A DNA stretch of 63,744 nucleotides from Candidatus Hadarchaeota archaeon (GTDB lineage Archaea > Hadarchaeota > Hadarchaeia > Hadarchaeales > JAWBSP01): positions 1 through 63,744 of the forward strand of contig CAZWBJ010000004.1 in NCBI GenBank assembly GCA_964632175.1. The letters are read 5' to 3'. The position numbers and the translations under genes are program-made. This document shows, piece by piece, positions 17,012 to 27,401 of this stretch; positions within the stretch are counted from its first letter, which is position 1, and every line of letters starts with the position of its first letter. The notes under the pieces are model-generated. The model saw nothing but the letters and a program-made list of their open reading frames with translations. It was not told the DNA's origin and made no database searches.

Positions 17012-17457
17012 GTTTCCTCCCAAAGGAGCCCCAGGTTTTTGATGAACTCCCCGAGCTCGCGCCTAAATTCCTCGCTCTCCATCATTCCCTTCAGCGTCCT
17101 GCCAGCCAGCATGCCCACGAAGGCCCCCAACGCCTGCAGTACCTGGGGATCGCCCGTGGAGAGCCCCTCGATTCCCTTCCTGACCTGGGGGGGCAGGGAG
17201 AGTTTTTCAAGGTCCCCCGGCTTCATGAACTGGGAGAGCCTCTCGTGCATGGCGCTCGAGAAATAGAGGTAGTTGGTGAGAAGCTTGGCGGTGAGGTCCG
17301 GTCCCAGCTGATCTGCGAGTTTGAGCAGCGCCCTGAGGGTACCAGGGTCGGTGGAGGAGAGGAACTTCCTGAGAGCGCGCTTGTCCACCCTGAAGAGGAC
17401 CTTCGTCAGCGAGAAGGGAAGGGAGATCCAGCCAAGCAGGTTTCTGAGGCCGCCCAT
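16990..17457 (-). CDS. hypothetical helical protein
   Basis: 155-aa ORF that abuts the end of the pyruvyl-transferase-like gene, with no gap. No family was recognised. Confidence 0.5.
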   Translation of the reverse strand: MGGLRNLLGWISLPFSLTKVLFRVDKRALRKFLSSTDPGTLRALLKLADQLGPDLTAKLLTNYLYFSSAMHERLSQFMKPGDLEKLSLPPQVRKGIEGLSTGDPQVLQALGAFVGMLAGRTLKGMMESEEFRRELGEFIKNLGLLWEETYRLPRE

Positions 17458-18783
17458 TCAGTCACCAAAGGTTTCCTTTACCCATCGCCTGAAAAGCTCC
17501 CTGTTCTGGGATGCCCTTTCGACAAAAACCTTATCGTGCCTCTTTATCCTCTCCCTTATTTCCTGTTCCCTCTCTTCCAGCCTTTCCATCTTCTCCACCA
17601 GCTGATCGTAGAGATTCGCTGGCATCTGCGGCGGGCTGACGGTGACGGGGATGTAGAAGTCCATGAGCTCGAGCTCCCTGAAGACCGCCTCAAGCCTGGA
17701 ATCCGAGGAAATGGCGATCATGGGGACACCCGCGGAGGAGGAGAGGACGGAGGCATGGTATCGGGTGGTGATGAGGAAGCGCGATTCCACCAGCAGGGAC
17801 TTGATGTCGTCCACGTTGTACTGGAAGGAAGGAATCCAGCGGGCCTCCTCCTTATGTTTCATGAGCTCCATAATCTCCTTGGCATTCTGACAGTCCCCCT
17901 CGAAGGCCGCCATCCCGATGAGGAGCACGTTGGTGTTGAATTTCTCCACCAAGTAATCGCAGAACCTGGCCATGTCACGCTTGAAGCGCTCGCTGAACTC
18001 CCTCCCCACCCGCCCCACCGCTAGCCAGTAATTGGGAAGGTAGACTTTGGAGCTTATGAGGGGGGCGTACCCGTACTCCCTCTTCCACATGGCCTCCAGC
18101 GTCTGGTATCCCTCTCTGGGGTAGAGCTTGGGCGTGATGGGAAGGAGGCCCCAGAACTCTTTGGGGGCGACGGCTATGGGAGGCTTCTTTATGTTCAGCT
18201 TTTCCAAGAGGGCCCGGCGGTATTCTTCCGGCGGAGTGGGGTAGAGGTAGGCACCGTCTGCCGTGACGTGTATCTCCTTGGTCACCCCGTACTCCATCAT
18301 CCGCTTCTTGGCATCCGGGTTGCGCACCATGATGAGGTCGATACACCGGTTCAGGGTCCGGGCGGAGGCGGGGGCGTTGTAGAACTTCATGGGGCTGCAG
18401 TCGTTGGAGTAGGAGACGGTGTGGCGCCCGCGCAGGTGCTGTAGCCTGGCGGCGAGGAGGAAGAGCCAGAGGAAGCCGTCGTGGTAGGTGTCTAGGAAGG
18501 TCGAGCCCTCGCAGAGCAGGACGATATCATAAACGTCCCCCCAGATCAAGCGATAGAGGGATTCCAGTCCCCCTTCGAAGATCGGGAAGAGGGAGATGAT
18601 CTCCACATCCGGGTCCTTCACGTACCTCCTCTCGTTTGAGGGACCCACCACCAGCACGTAGAGCTTGCCTAGCCGCTCGCCCAGAACTTCTTTCACGTCC
18701 CTGATGGTGACTAGGAGCTTCGCCTCCGAGCCCGTGTTGTCCACACCGTTCCACCCAAGCAGGAGAACGTTCAGCTTCCTCAT
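17458..18783 (-). CDS. polysaccharide pyruvyl transferase family protein
   Basis: An internal ATG at 18783 (ATGA overlap with the upstream ORF) gives MRKLNVLLLGWNGVDNTGSEAKLL. The C-terminal motif ITTRYHASVLSSSAGVPMIAISSDSR is typical of this family. Confidence 0.72.
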   Translation of the reverse strand: MRKLNVLLLGWNGVDNTGSEAKLLVTIRDVKEVLGERLGKLYVLVVGPSNERRYVKDPDVEIISLFPIFEGGLESLYRLIWGDVYDIVLLCEGSTFLDTYHDGFLWLFLLAARLQHLRGRHTVSYSNDCSPMKFYNAPASARTLNRCIDLIMVRNPDAKKRMMEYGVTKEIHVTADGAYLYPTPPEEYRRALLEKLNIKKPPIAVAPKEFWGLLPITPKLYPREGYQTLEAMWKREYGYAPLISSKVYLPNYWLAVGRVGREFSERFKRDMARFCDYLVEKFNTNVLLIGMAAFEGDCQNAKEIMELMKHKEEARWIPSFQYNVDDIKSLLVESRFLITTRYHASVLSSSAGVPMIAISSDSRLEAVFRELELMDFYIPVTVSPPQMPANLYDQLVEKMERLEEREQEIRERIKRHDKVFVERASQNRELFRRWVKETFGD

Positions 18784-19199
18784 TTTTTCGCCACCGCTAT
18801 GGCAAGGAATTCCCTGAGCAGCCTGCTCCCGCTCACGAGAAGGTTGGCTAGGTACTCCCTGCACTTTTCGTTCTGGAGGAGGTCGGTGAGGACGGGGGAG
18901 GCCATCCCAGCAACGGCCGGGAGAACATCCAGCCACTCGCACATCTCCCTGTTGATACCGCCTAGGATCCGGAGGCTCTCCCTCACCCTCGGGTCGGAGA
19001 GAAACTGCTGGATTGCTTGGGAGAATTCGGGATCGTTTAGGGCAGCAGCTCTAGGACAAGCAAGCAGGGTTTCCTTCAGGGTTTGGAGGAGCCTCGGTAG
19101 TGCCAGCTCTTCCAGCACGCCCGCCATTAACACTTGTGTGCGGGCTAAAAAGAAGCGGGCTTTGAGGAGTTTTGAGGCCCATGCGGTTGCACCGGTCAC
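18780..19199 (-). CDS. hypothetical helical protein
   Basis: 139-aa ORF, first gene of the three-gene minus-strand unit and translationally coupled to the next gene. Confidence 0.5.
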   Translation of the reverse strand: MTGATAWASKLLKARFFLARTQVLMAGVLEELALPRLLQTLKETLLACPRAAALNDPEFSQAIQQFLSDPRVRESLRILGGINREMCEWLDVLPAVAGMASPVLTDLLQNEKCREYLANLLVSGSRLLREFLAIAVAKK

Positions 19200-19228
19200 C
19201 CCTTATTTAACCTTCCTCCAAGGAATCG

Positions 19229-20044
19229 ATGCCCAGACCGAGAGCTCGTTCGATCTCCATCTGTTCCGGTAAGGGTGGCACGGGAAAGACCGTCCTGACG
19301 GCCAACTTGGGCATCGCGCTGGGCTCGCTGGGTAAAAGGGTGGTCATCATGGACGCCGACCTAGCCATGGCCAATCTCTCCATCGTGATGGGGATGCATC
19401 GGTGCGAGGTGACCCTCTTCGATGTCCTGAAAGGGAAGGCAACGCTGGACCAAGCTCTCTACAAGAACTATGGGGTGGAGGTCCTCCCGACGGGCTTCAG
19501 GTTTGAGGAGGTTCAGGAGATGCTGGGCGGCGTGAGAAGGGAGAAGGTGGAGGAGATAATTTCCGAGCTGCTGAACAGGGCGGAGATTCTCCTGCTAGAT
19601 GCGGCGGCCGGGATTCAGGAGACCTCCCTCCTCCTGCTGGCTGCGGCTAGGGAGGCCTTGCCCGTGAGCACACCCTCCTACGCCAGCCTCGTGGACGTTT
19701 ACAAGACCATCAGGATAGCCAACCTGCTCAGAGTGTGGACGAGGGGCTTGGTTCTGAATAGGATGGGCACCACAGACCTTACTCGGGAGGAGGTGCAGGC
19801 CTTCATGGGGAGGGCGGTGAAGGGGTTGCCCATCCTCGCGGAAATCCCGGAGGATCCGAGGGTGAGGGAGGCGGAGAGGGAGGGGGTACCCGTGCTGGTG
19901 TACGATCCCAGCTGCCCGGCTTCGGAGGCCATTCAGGGGCTGGCCAGGATAGTCGCGGGGGAGGAGCACCTGCCCTACATCCCTGTTGAGGAAAGGGAGA
20001 TAAGGGAAACCTCTCGGAGGCTGCTGGCCGCCCTTCTTGGATAA
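19229..20044 (+). CDS. minD: MinD/ParA-family P-loop ATPase
   Basis: 271 aa with the deviant Walker A motif SGKGGTGKTVLTANLG, followed by VIMDADLAMANL. Confidence 0.85.
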   Translation: MPRPRARSISICSGKGGTGKTVLTANLGIALGSLGKRVVIMDADLAMANLSIVMGMHRCEVTLFDVLKGKATLDQALYKNYGVEVLPTGFRFEEVQEMLGGVRREKVEEIISELLNRAEILLLDAAAGIQETSLLLLAAAREALPVSTPSYASLVDVYKTIRIANLLRVWTRGLVLNRMGTTDLTREEVQAFMGRAVKGLPILAEIPEDPRVREAEREGVPVLVYDPSCPASEAIQGLARIVAGEEHLPYIPVEEREIRETSRRLLAALLG

Positions 20045-20084
20045 GTTTCGGGAAATTCCGAAAAACCTGAAAAACTTAAAAAGA

Positions 20085-20092
20085 TTTATATA
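20085..20092 (+). promoter_or_regulatory. candidate TATA box (TTTATATA) for the small zinc-ribbon gene
   Basis: AT-rich intergenic island. The TATA lies about 38 nt upstream of ATG 20127, with a GGTGA Shine-Dalgarno-like element 5 nt before the ATG. Confidence 0.45.
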
Positions 20093-20126
20093 CGGTGTAT
20101 AACAAAAATTATATGATGGTGAAAAG

Positions 20127-20246
20127 ATGGACCCCCTCCCGACCGTCTGCAAGAGGTGCAGGCTTTTCTACCTCTACCCACAGGGCCTCGACTACTCGAG
20201 GAACCCGTGCCCGAGGTGCGGGTATGAGAACAACCACGGAACGTAA
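20127..20246 (+). CDS. 39-aa zinc-ribbon mini-protein
   Basis: MDPLPTVCKRCRLFYLYPQGLDYSRNPCPRCGYENNHGT has a CxxC...CxxC arrangement. It has a good TATA plus SD context. It is below the ORF-track length cut-off. Confidence 0.45.
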   Translation: MDPLPTVCKRCRLFYLYPQGLDYSRNPCPRCGYENNHGT

Positions 20247-20340
20247 GAAGGTCTATTCCTGCCCGAGGTGCGGCTTCGTGATGGAGGATAGATACTCCTA
20301 CAAGATGCACCTCACCAAGAGCTGCCCCAAACTGCAGTAG
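20224..20340 (+). CDS. 38-aa zinc-finger mini-protein (3' part of ORF 20095..20340)
   Basis: MRTTTERKKVYSCPRCGFVMEDRYSYKMHLTKSCPKLQ has a CxxC...H...C arrangement. It overlaps the previous mini-ORF by 23 nt in another frame. The upstream part of the 81-aa ORF looks non-coding (R/S/T-rich). Confidence 0.35.
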   Translation: MRTTTERKKVYSCPRCGFVMEDRYSYKMHLTKSCPKLQ

Positions 20341-20352
20341 GCCGGTTTTTGT

Positions 20353-21261
20353 TCATTTCGTCCCATAAACTCTGGGCTTGGTGAATCTCTCGATGAGGGG
20401 CGAGAAGGCGTTCATGATGAGGATGGAGTAGGTGACCCCCTCCGGCAGGCTTCCGAACTTCCTGATCAACACCAGCAGGCACCCCGCCCCCACCCCGAAG
20501 ATGAGCCTACCCTTCTTGGTGATGGGTGTGGTCACATAGTCCGTCGCCATGAAAAAGGCCCCCAGCAGCAACCCCCCGGCTAGCAGGTGGAAGAGGACGG
20601 GCTCTCCCAGTAGCCAGGTCAGGAGGGCGACGGTTCCGAGATATGACGCAGGAATTCTCCAATCGATTAGCCTGAGGATCAGGAGGGCGGCACCCCCCAG
20701 AAGGAGGGCGAAAGCCGAGATCTCTCCGATGCATCCTGGCCTGAAGCCCCAAAACATGCTCGAGAGCGAGGAGGTGGCATGCTGGTGCTTCCAGAGGTTG
20801 AGGGGGGTAGCGGAGGAGGTGGCTTCCAGCGGGACGGGCCAAGTAGGCGGGGCTATCAGGGCGGGCCAAGAGAGCATGAGAAAAGCCCTGCCCACGAGCG
20901 CTGGATTGAAGAGGTTGTTGCCAGTTCCCCCGAAGGCAATTTTGCCCGCGAAGATGGCGAAGGCTGAGCCCACGGCGGGAACCCAGAGTGGAACCGAGGG
21001 TGGAAGGCAGAGGGCAAGGAGGAGGCCCGTCACCGCCGCCGAAGATCCCGGTTGCTTTTTCAGCATCCGGCAGCCCAGGCATTCGGAGAAAAGGGCGGAG
21101 GCGATGGAGATCAGAACCACCGCTAGGGTCCTCCAACCAAAAGCGTATACTCCCCAGCCTGTGGCGGGGAGGAGGGAGAGGATCACCGCCAGCATGATGA
21201 GGTTGGAGGTGGTTCGAGCCCTCACATGGGGCGGCGGGGATACGGTGAGATTCTGCATCAT
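20353..21261 (-). CDS. rnfD: Rnf complex subunit D
   Basis: An internal ATG at 21261 gives MMQNLTVSPPPHVRARTTS and makes an ATGA overlap with the rnfC stop. Polytopic, with the SSATPL flavinylation-type motif and MATDYVTTP. Confidence 0.9.
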   Translation of the reverse strand: MMQNLTVSPPPHVRARTTSNLIMLAVILSLLPATGWGVYAFGWRTLAVVLISIASALFSECLGCRMLKKQPGSSAAVTGLLLALCLPPSVPLWVPAVGSAFAIFAGKIAFGGTGNNLFNPALVGRAFLMLSWPALIAPPTWPVPLEATSSATPLNLWKHQHATSSLSSMFWGFRPGCIGEISAFALLLGGAALLILRLIDWRIPASYLGTVALLTWLLGEPVLFHLLAGGLLLGAFFMATDYVTTPITKKGRLIFGVGAGCLLVLIRKFGSLPEGVTYSILIMNAFSPLIERFTKPRVYGTK

Positions 21262-22532
21262 CGCTTGACCAGCGCCGAGGCCTTGAGCTTCCCCTCCCTC
21301 ATGAGGTGCACCAGCGGAATTCTGGAGGGGCAGATGTACGCGCAGCACCCGCACTCGTCGCAACTGAGGATGTTTCCCGACAGGCAGTCCTCATATCTCC
21401 CAGCCCTGACGAGCTTGGCCAGCAGAGTGGGCATGAGCCCCATCGGGCAAACCTCGAGGCAGCGGCCGCACCTTATGCAGGGGCTCTCCGGCTCCTCTTT
21501 CACCTCCCCCATCACCAGCACATTTCCTGTCGTCTTGGCAACGGGGGCGTCTCCCGAGAGGGCCACCCCCATCATGGGCCCGCCGGCTATGAGTTTTGCG
21601 GGCCCCTTGGTCGCCCCGCCGCACTGCTGGAGCAAGTCCGAAAAAAGCGTTCCCACCCTCACCATGAGGTTCTTGGGCTGAGCGACATCGCCGGTGACGG
21701 TTACCACCCTTTCAACTAGGGTCCTCCCCTTGAGGGCATCCGAGATGGCCTTGAGCGTGGCGACATTCTGCACCACCACGCCCACGTCGAAGGGAAGTCC
21801 GCCAGCCGGCACCTCCACCCCCAGCACGGATCTTATGAGATGCCTTTCGTCCCCCCTCGGGTATCTGGTCTTCAGTAGCTTTACTTCGGCGAATCCTCTC
21901 ATGACTTCTCCCATTTTCTCGGCCGCGTCGGGTTTGTTATCCTCGACTGCTACAATCACCCTCCGGACTCCGAGAATTCTGGCTGCAATCTTGGTTCCCT
22001 CGGCTATCTCTTGGGGGAATTCCAGCATGAGTCTGTGGTCAGAGGTGATGTAGGGTTCGCACTCCACCCCGTTGACCAAAAGAGTGTGAACGGGTTTGGG
22101 CGGGTTCAGTTTGACGTGGGTTGGGAAGCCCGCCCCCCCCATCCCCACCACTCCCGCCTCCCTTATCCTCTCCAAAAGTGCCTCCTTGGGCGCGTCGGGG
22201 CTGAGGGGGGGAAGTTCTACTCGCTCGTCCTTTCCGTCCGAGGTGATGGTGATGCAGGTGATGAACTCTCCTGACGGGGAAAGCTCGCTTGAGATTCCGC
22301 TCACGGTTCCCGAGATAGAGGCATGCACCGGGGCCGAAACCTTGGCGGGGGAATCGCCGATCTTCTGTCCGGTCTTGACCACATCGCCCACCTTGACCAA
22401 CGGCTCACAGGGTGCCCCTACGTGCTGGCGGAGTGGAATGACCACCTTTTCTGGGAGTCTAGCCTTCTCGATGGGTTTGGAGGCTGTGAGCTTGCGCTCC
22501 TTGGGGTGAACTCCTCCTCTGAATCTGGGCAT
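21258..22532 (-). CDS. rnfC: Rnf complex subunit C (NADH/FMN-binding and 2x[4Fe-4S] type)
   Basis: The probable start at ATG 22532 gives MPRFRGGVHPKERK. Also present are GMGGAGFPTHVK and C-terminal CIRCGRCLEVCP / CDECGCCAYICP. The ORF-track start at 22646 (TTG) adds an atypical 38-aa extension. Confidence 0.9.
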   Translation of the reverse strand: MPRFRGGVHPKERKLTASKPIEKARLPEKVVIPLRQHVGAPCEPLVKVGDVVKTGQKIGDSPAKVSAPVHASISGTVSGISSELSPSGEFITCITITSDGKDERVELPPLSPDAPKEALLERIREAGVVGMGGAGFPTHVKLNPPKPVHTLLVNGVECEPYITSDHRLMLEFPQEIAEGTKIAARILGVRRVIVAVEDNKPDAAEKMGEVMRGFAEVKLLKTRYPRGDERHLIRSVLGVEVPAGGLPFDVGVVVQNVATLKAISDALKGRTLVERVVTVTGDVAQPKNLMVRVGTLFSDLLQQCGGATKGPAKLIAGGPMMGVALSGDAPVAKTTGNVLVMGEVKEEPESPCIRCGRCLEVCPMGLMPTLLAKLVRAGRYEDCLSGNILSCDECGCCAYICPSRIPLVHLMREGKLKASALVKR

Positions 22533-23123
22533 TGAGAATCTCTGCGCGGGAGTTAAATCAGGAACGCGAGGGCTCTTTACTTCGAGAGCCTTACCTTTTA
22601 GGGAGAGCTTTCTCTGACCACCCAAGTAGCCTCGCGATGGATTCAATTCCGAGTTCCTTCAGGGCTGAGCTTACCGGTTTTCCACAGCACCCAGTTCTTT
22701 TCGAGAATGATGCGCTCGCCCGGAGGCAGGGGCCATCCCCTTTTAACGCCCTCCCTGATGAGTTTGCCGTACTCTTGGAGTTCACGAATTTCCTCCGCGG
22801 AGAGCCCGGCACCCGGCCCTTTTTCTGCGGGGGTGAAACACTCTTTTTTCCACTAACGCCCGAGCTGTGGTTTAAAGAGGAAGCACGCTGTGAGAAACGA
22901 ACCGCTACCAGAGAAAGAAATTCTGGCTGAAAGCACTCTTCCTCTTGGCAGGTTCCTCAACCATCCTTGGTACCTGAGAAATGCAGGTCGCTTCCTTTGG
23001 TGATGTTTTGCTTGTTTGGTGCCTGAGGACTGGGCACGTGACTATTCGTACTCGGAACGGGAGTAGGCTTATAGCAAGGGAGGGATAGTTTTCAGCGCGA
23101 TGAGGTGAAGGCTAGGCTGAAAC

Positions 23124-24526
23124 TCATGATGAAGATTTTGAGTGCCGAGCGCCACCCTCTCCCTTCAGGTATTTGCGGATGAACTCAGGCCTGACTTTTT
23201 TGAGTTCGCTTTCGGGTAGCAGGTGCAGGAGCTCCCAGCCCAGATCGAGTGTGGTTTCGAGCGAGCGATTCTCGTACATCCCCTGGTTCACAAACTCCCT
23301 CTCGAACCGTTCAGCAAATTCTAGGTATCTCCGGTCTCTATCCGTCAGGGCTTCTTGCCCCACCACCGCCACCAGCGCTCTGAGATCCCTCCCCTCGGCA
23401 TAGGCAGCATAAAGCTGGTTGGAGAGCTCCATGTGATCCTCTCTGGTCTTGCCCGGTCCTATTCCATCCTTCATGAGTCTGGAGAGAGAGGGGAGGACGT
23501 TCAGGGGCGGGTAGATCCCCTTGTGATGGAGTTCCCGATCTAGGATCAACTGCCCCTCACAGATGTACCCCGACAAATCCGGAACGGGATGGGTGATGTC
23601 GTCTCCGGGCATGGTGAGGATGGGCATCTGGGTGATGGATCCTTTTTTCCCCCGAACTCTCCCCGCCCTCTCGTAGATGGTGGCAAGATCGGTGTACAGG
23701 TATCCAGGGTATCCCCTCCTCCCCGGAACCTCGCTCCTAGCGGCCGAGATCTCCCTCAGGCTTTCAGCATAATTGGTCATGTTGGTGAGGATAACAAGGA
23801 CGTGCATCCCCTGCTTGAAGGCCAGGTACTCCGCGGCGGTGAGGGCGAGCCTTGGAGTGAGGATGCGCTCGATGGCGGGGTCGTTGGCAAGATTGAGGAA
23901 GAGCACCGCCCTTTCCAGCGCGCCCGTTCTCTCGAACTCGGATCTGAAGAAGGAGGCCTCGGCGTAGGTGATTCCCATCCCCGCAAAGACCACCGCGAAC
24001 TCCTCTCCTCTCCCAGGTATGGTGGCCTGCCTGGCGATCTGGGCTGCAAGCTCATTGTGGGGGAGACCGGACCCGGAGAAGATGGGGAGCTTCTGTCCCC
24101 TCACGAGCGTGTTCATGCCGTCGATGGCCGAAATACCAGTCTGGATGAATTCGCTTGGGTATTCCCTAGACGCGGGGTTCAGGGGGGCGCCGTACACGTC
24201 CCTCCTCTCCTCGGGGAGGGGCTTGGGTCCGCCGTCAATGGGATCCCCCCTCCCGTTGAAGATTCTCCCAAGCAGCTCCATCCCCACCCCGAACTTCACC
24301 GTTTCGCCCGTGAATCTGATCTTGGTTCCCTTCGTGTCGAGGCCGGAGGTCCCCTCGTATACCTGGACCACCGCCCTACCCTCGTGAGAGTCAAGCACAT
24401 GCCCCCTCCTTCTCTCGCCATCGGGTCCCGTGACCTCAACCACTTCCCCGTATGCGGCGTCCTTCACCCCTTCAACTACGAGCAGGGGCCCGGCGATGCT
24501 TGAGATGGTCAGGTACTCCCTCGCCC

Positions 24527-24530
<4 letters not shown>
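23124..24530 (-). CDS. atpB: A1AO (A/V-type) ATP synthase subunit B
   Basis: 468 aa. [17 protein letters not shown], and it is colinear with archaeal B subunits. Confidence 0.96.
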
Positions 24531-26263
<1,733 letters not shown>

Positions 26264-26321
26264 CGCTCCCTTTCCGGCGAGTTTATTTAGTCGATTAGCT
26301 TTCCCCTTTCCCTCCGGGTGG

Positions 26322-27377
26322 ATGATGGTGGAAACCCTCGTGTTGAAAGTGGATCCCCAGCTCCCCGACGCCAGAAAGATTTGTTTGGCTGCGGAAGTTC
26401 TGCGTGCCGGTGGCTTGGTGGCCTTCCCCACTGAAACGGTTTATGGCCTCGGGGCAAACGCTTTGGACGAGAGGGCCGTTCTGAGGATATTTGAGGCCAA
26501 GAAGAGGCCGGCAGACAACCCGCTTATCGTTCACATAGCTGATCTGGAGGATGTTCACCTTCTTGCGGAGCATCTGCCCCCCAGGTCTGAGGAGCTGATG
26601 GAGAGATTCTGGCCGGGTCCCCTCACTCTCCTTCTGCCCCGCTCGGAGCTCGTGCCCGATGTCACCACCGCTGGTCTCGACACGGTTGCAGTGCGGATGC
26701 CGAGCCATCCCGTGGCTAGGATGCTTATAAAGGAGGCGGATGTGCCCGTTGCCGCACCGAGCGCCAACCTCTCGGGAAGACCGAGCCCCACCACCGCGGC
26801 ACATGTGCTTGAGGACCTCTCGGGGAGGGTGGAGGTGGTGATTGATGGGGGCGAGGTGGAGTTTGGTCTGGAGTCCACCATCCTGAGCCTCACCACCACT
26901 CCCCCAACCCTCCTGAGACCCGGACCCATCACGGTGGAGGAACTGCAGGAAATCTTGGGGGAGGTCAGAGTTCACCCCGCCGCGAGGGCTGAGTCCACGG
27001 AAGTGGCACTGGCACTAGCCCCGGGGATGAAGTACAGGCACTATGCTCCTAAGGCTAAAGTGGTGGTGGTCGAGGGGCCGGTGCAAGCTGTGAGAGCCAA
27101 GATCCGGGAGTTGGCGCAAAGGTACAGAGAGATGGGTAAGAAGGTGGGAATCATGGCAACCGCCGAGAACGCCTCCGAGTATGAAGGGCTTGTGGAAGTG
27201 GTGGGAGAGCGCCAGCGACCCAAGACGGTGGCGAAAAATCTGTTCAAGGTTCTAAGAAAGTTTGACGAGGAAGGTGTGGATGTGGTGATAGCCGAGGGGC
27301 TGGAGCCCGTCGGTGTGGGGCTCGCCATCATGAACAGATTGAGGAAAGCAGCAGGCCAGGAGGCAATCCGCGTTTAG
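26322..27377 (+). CDS. sua5: threonylcarbamoyl-AMP synthase (Sua5/YrdC plus Sua5 C-terminal domain)
   Basis: The internal ATG at 26322 is taken as the start. Motifs: [43 protein letters not shown]. Confidence 0.9.
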   Translation: MMVETLVLKVDPQLPDARKICLAAEVLRAGGLVAFPTETVYGLGANALDERAVLRIFEAKKRPADNPLIVHIADLEDVHLLAEHLPPRSEELMERFWPGPLTLLLPRSELVPDVTTAGLDTVAVRMPSHPVARMLIKEADVPVAAPSANLSGRPSPTTAAHVLEDLSGRVEVVIDGGEVEFGLESTILSLTTTPPTLLRPGPITVEELQEILGEVRVHPAARAESTEVALALAPGMKYRHYAPKAKVVVVEGPVQAVRAKIRELAQRYREMGKKVGIMATAENASEYEGLVEVVGERQRPKTVAKNLFKVLRKFDEEGVDVVIAEGLEPVGVGLAIMNRLRKAAGQEAIRV

Positions 27378-27401
27378 AGTTTATAGTTTCCCTTCTCTTC
27401 C

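Noticed and set aside
12774-20352. The idea that the block between tRNA-Arg and rnfD is an integrated mobile island using the tRNA as its att site.
   Set aside because: No integrase, transposase or viral gene is present. I found no direct repeat of the tRNA 3' half at the far boundary. The hairpin TTCGGGAAATTCCGAA (20047-20062) only superficially resembles a T-arm. The gene content is housekeeping.
22533-22646. N-terminal extensions offered by the ORF track for rnfC, and likewise rnfD (21262..21363), atpA (26264..26431), atpI (27575..27709), sua5 (26010..26321), the pyruvyl transferase (18784..18942), the XRE regulator (40234..40371), dut (16346..16585) and pyrD (1056..1319).
   Set aside because: Internal starts reproduce the canonical family N-termini and create ATGA/GTGA coupling with upstream stops. 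The extensions are G/R/P-rich and overlap neighbouring genes.
22532-22930. The plus-strand 132-aa ORF and the minus-strand 73-aa ORF (22591..22812) in the rnfC-atpB gap.
   Set aside because: Neither has a recognisable motif, good start context or a protein-like composition. The third minus-strand frame looks more protein-like, but it lacks a start codon. It is reported as a finding rather than a gene.
23097-23131. A C/D-box sRNA-like string (ATGAGG...CTGA...ATGATGA) near the atpB stop.
   Set aside because: The C box is imperfect. There is no D box (CTGA) at the required distance after the C' box. ATGATGA overlaps the atpB stop region. The spacing does not fit a C/D RNA.
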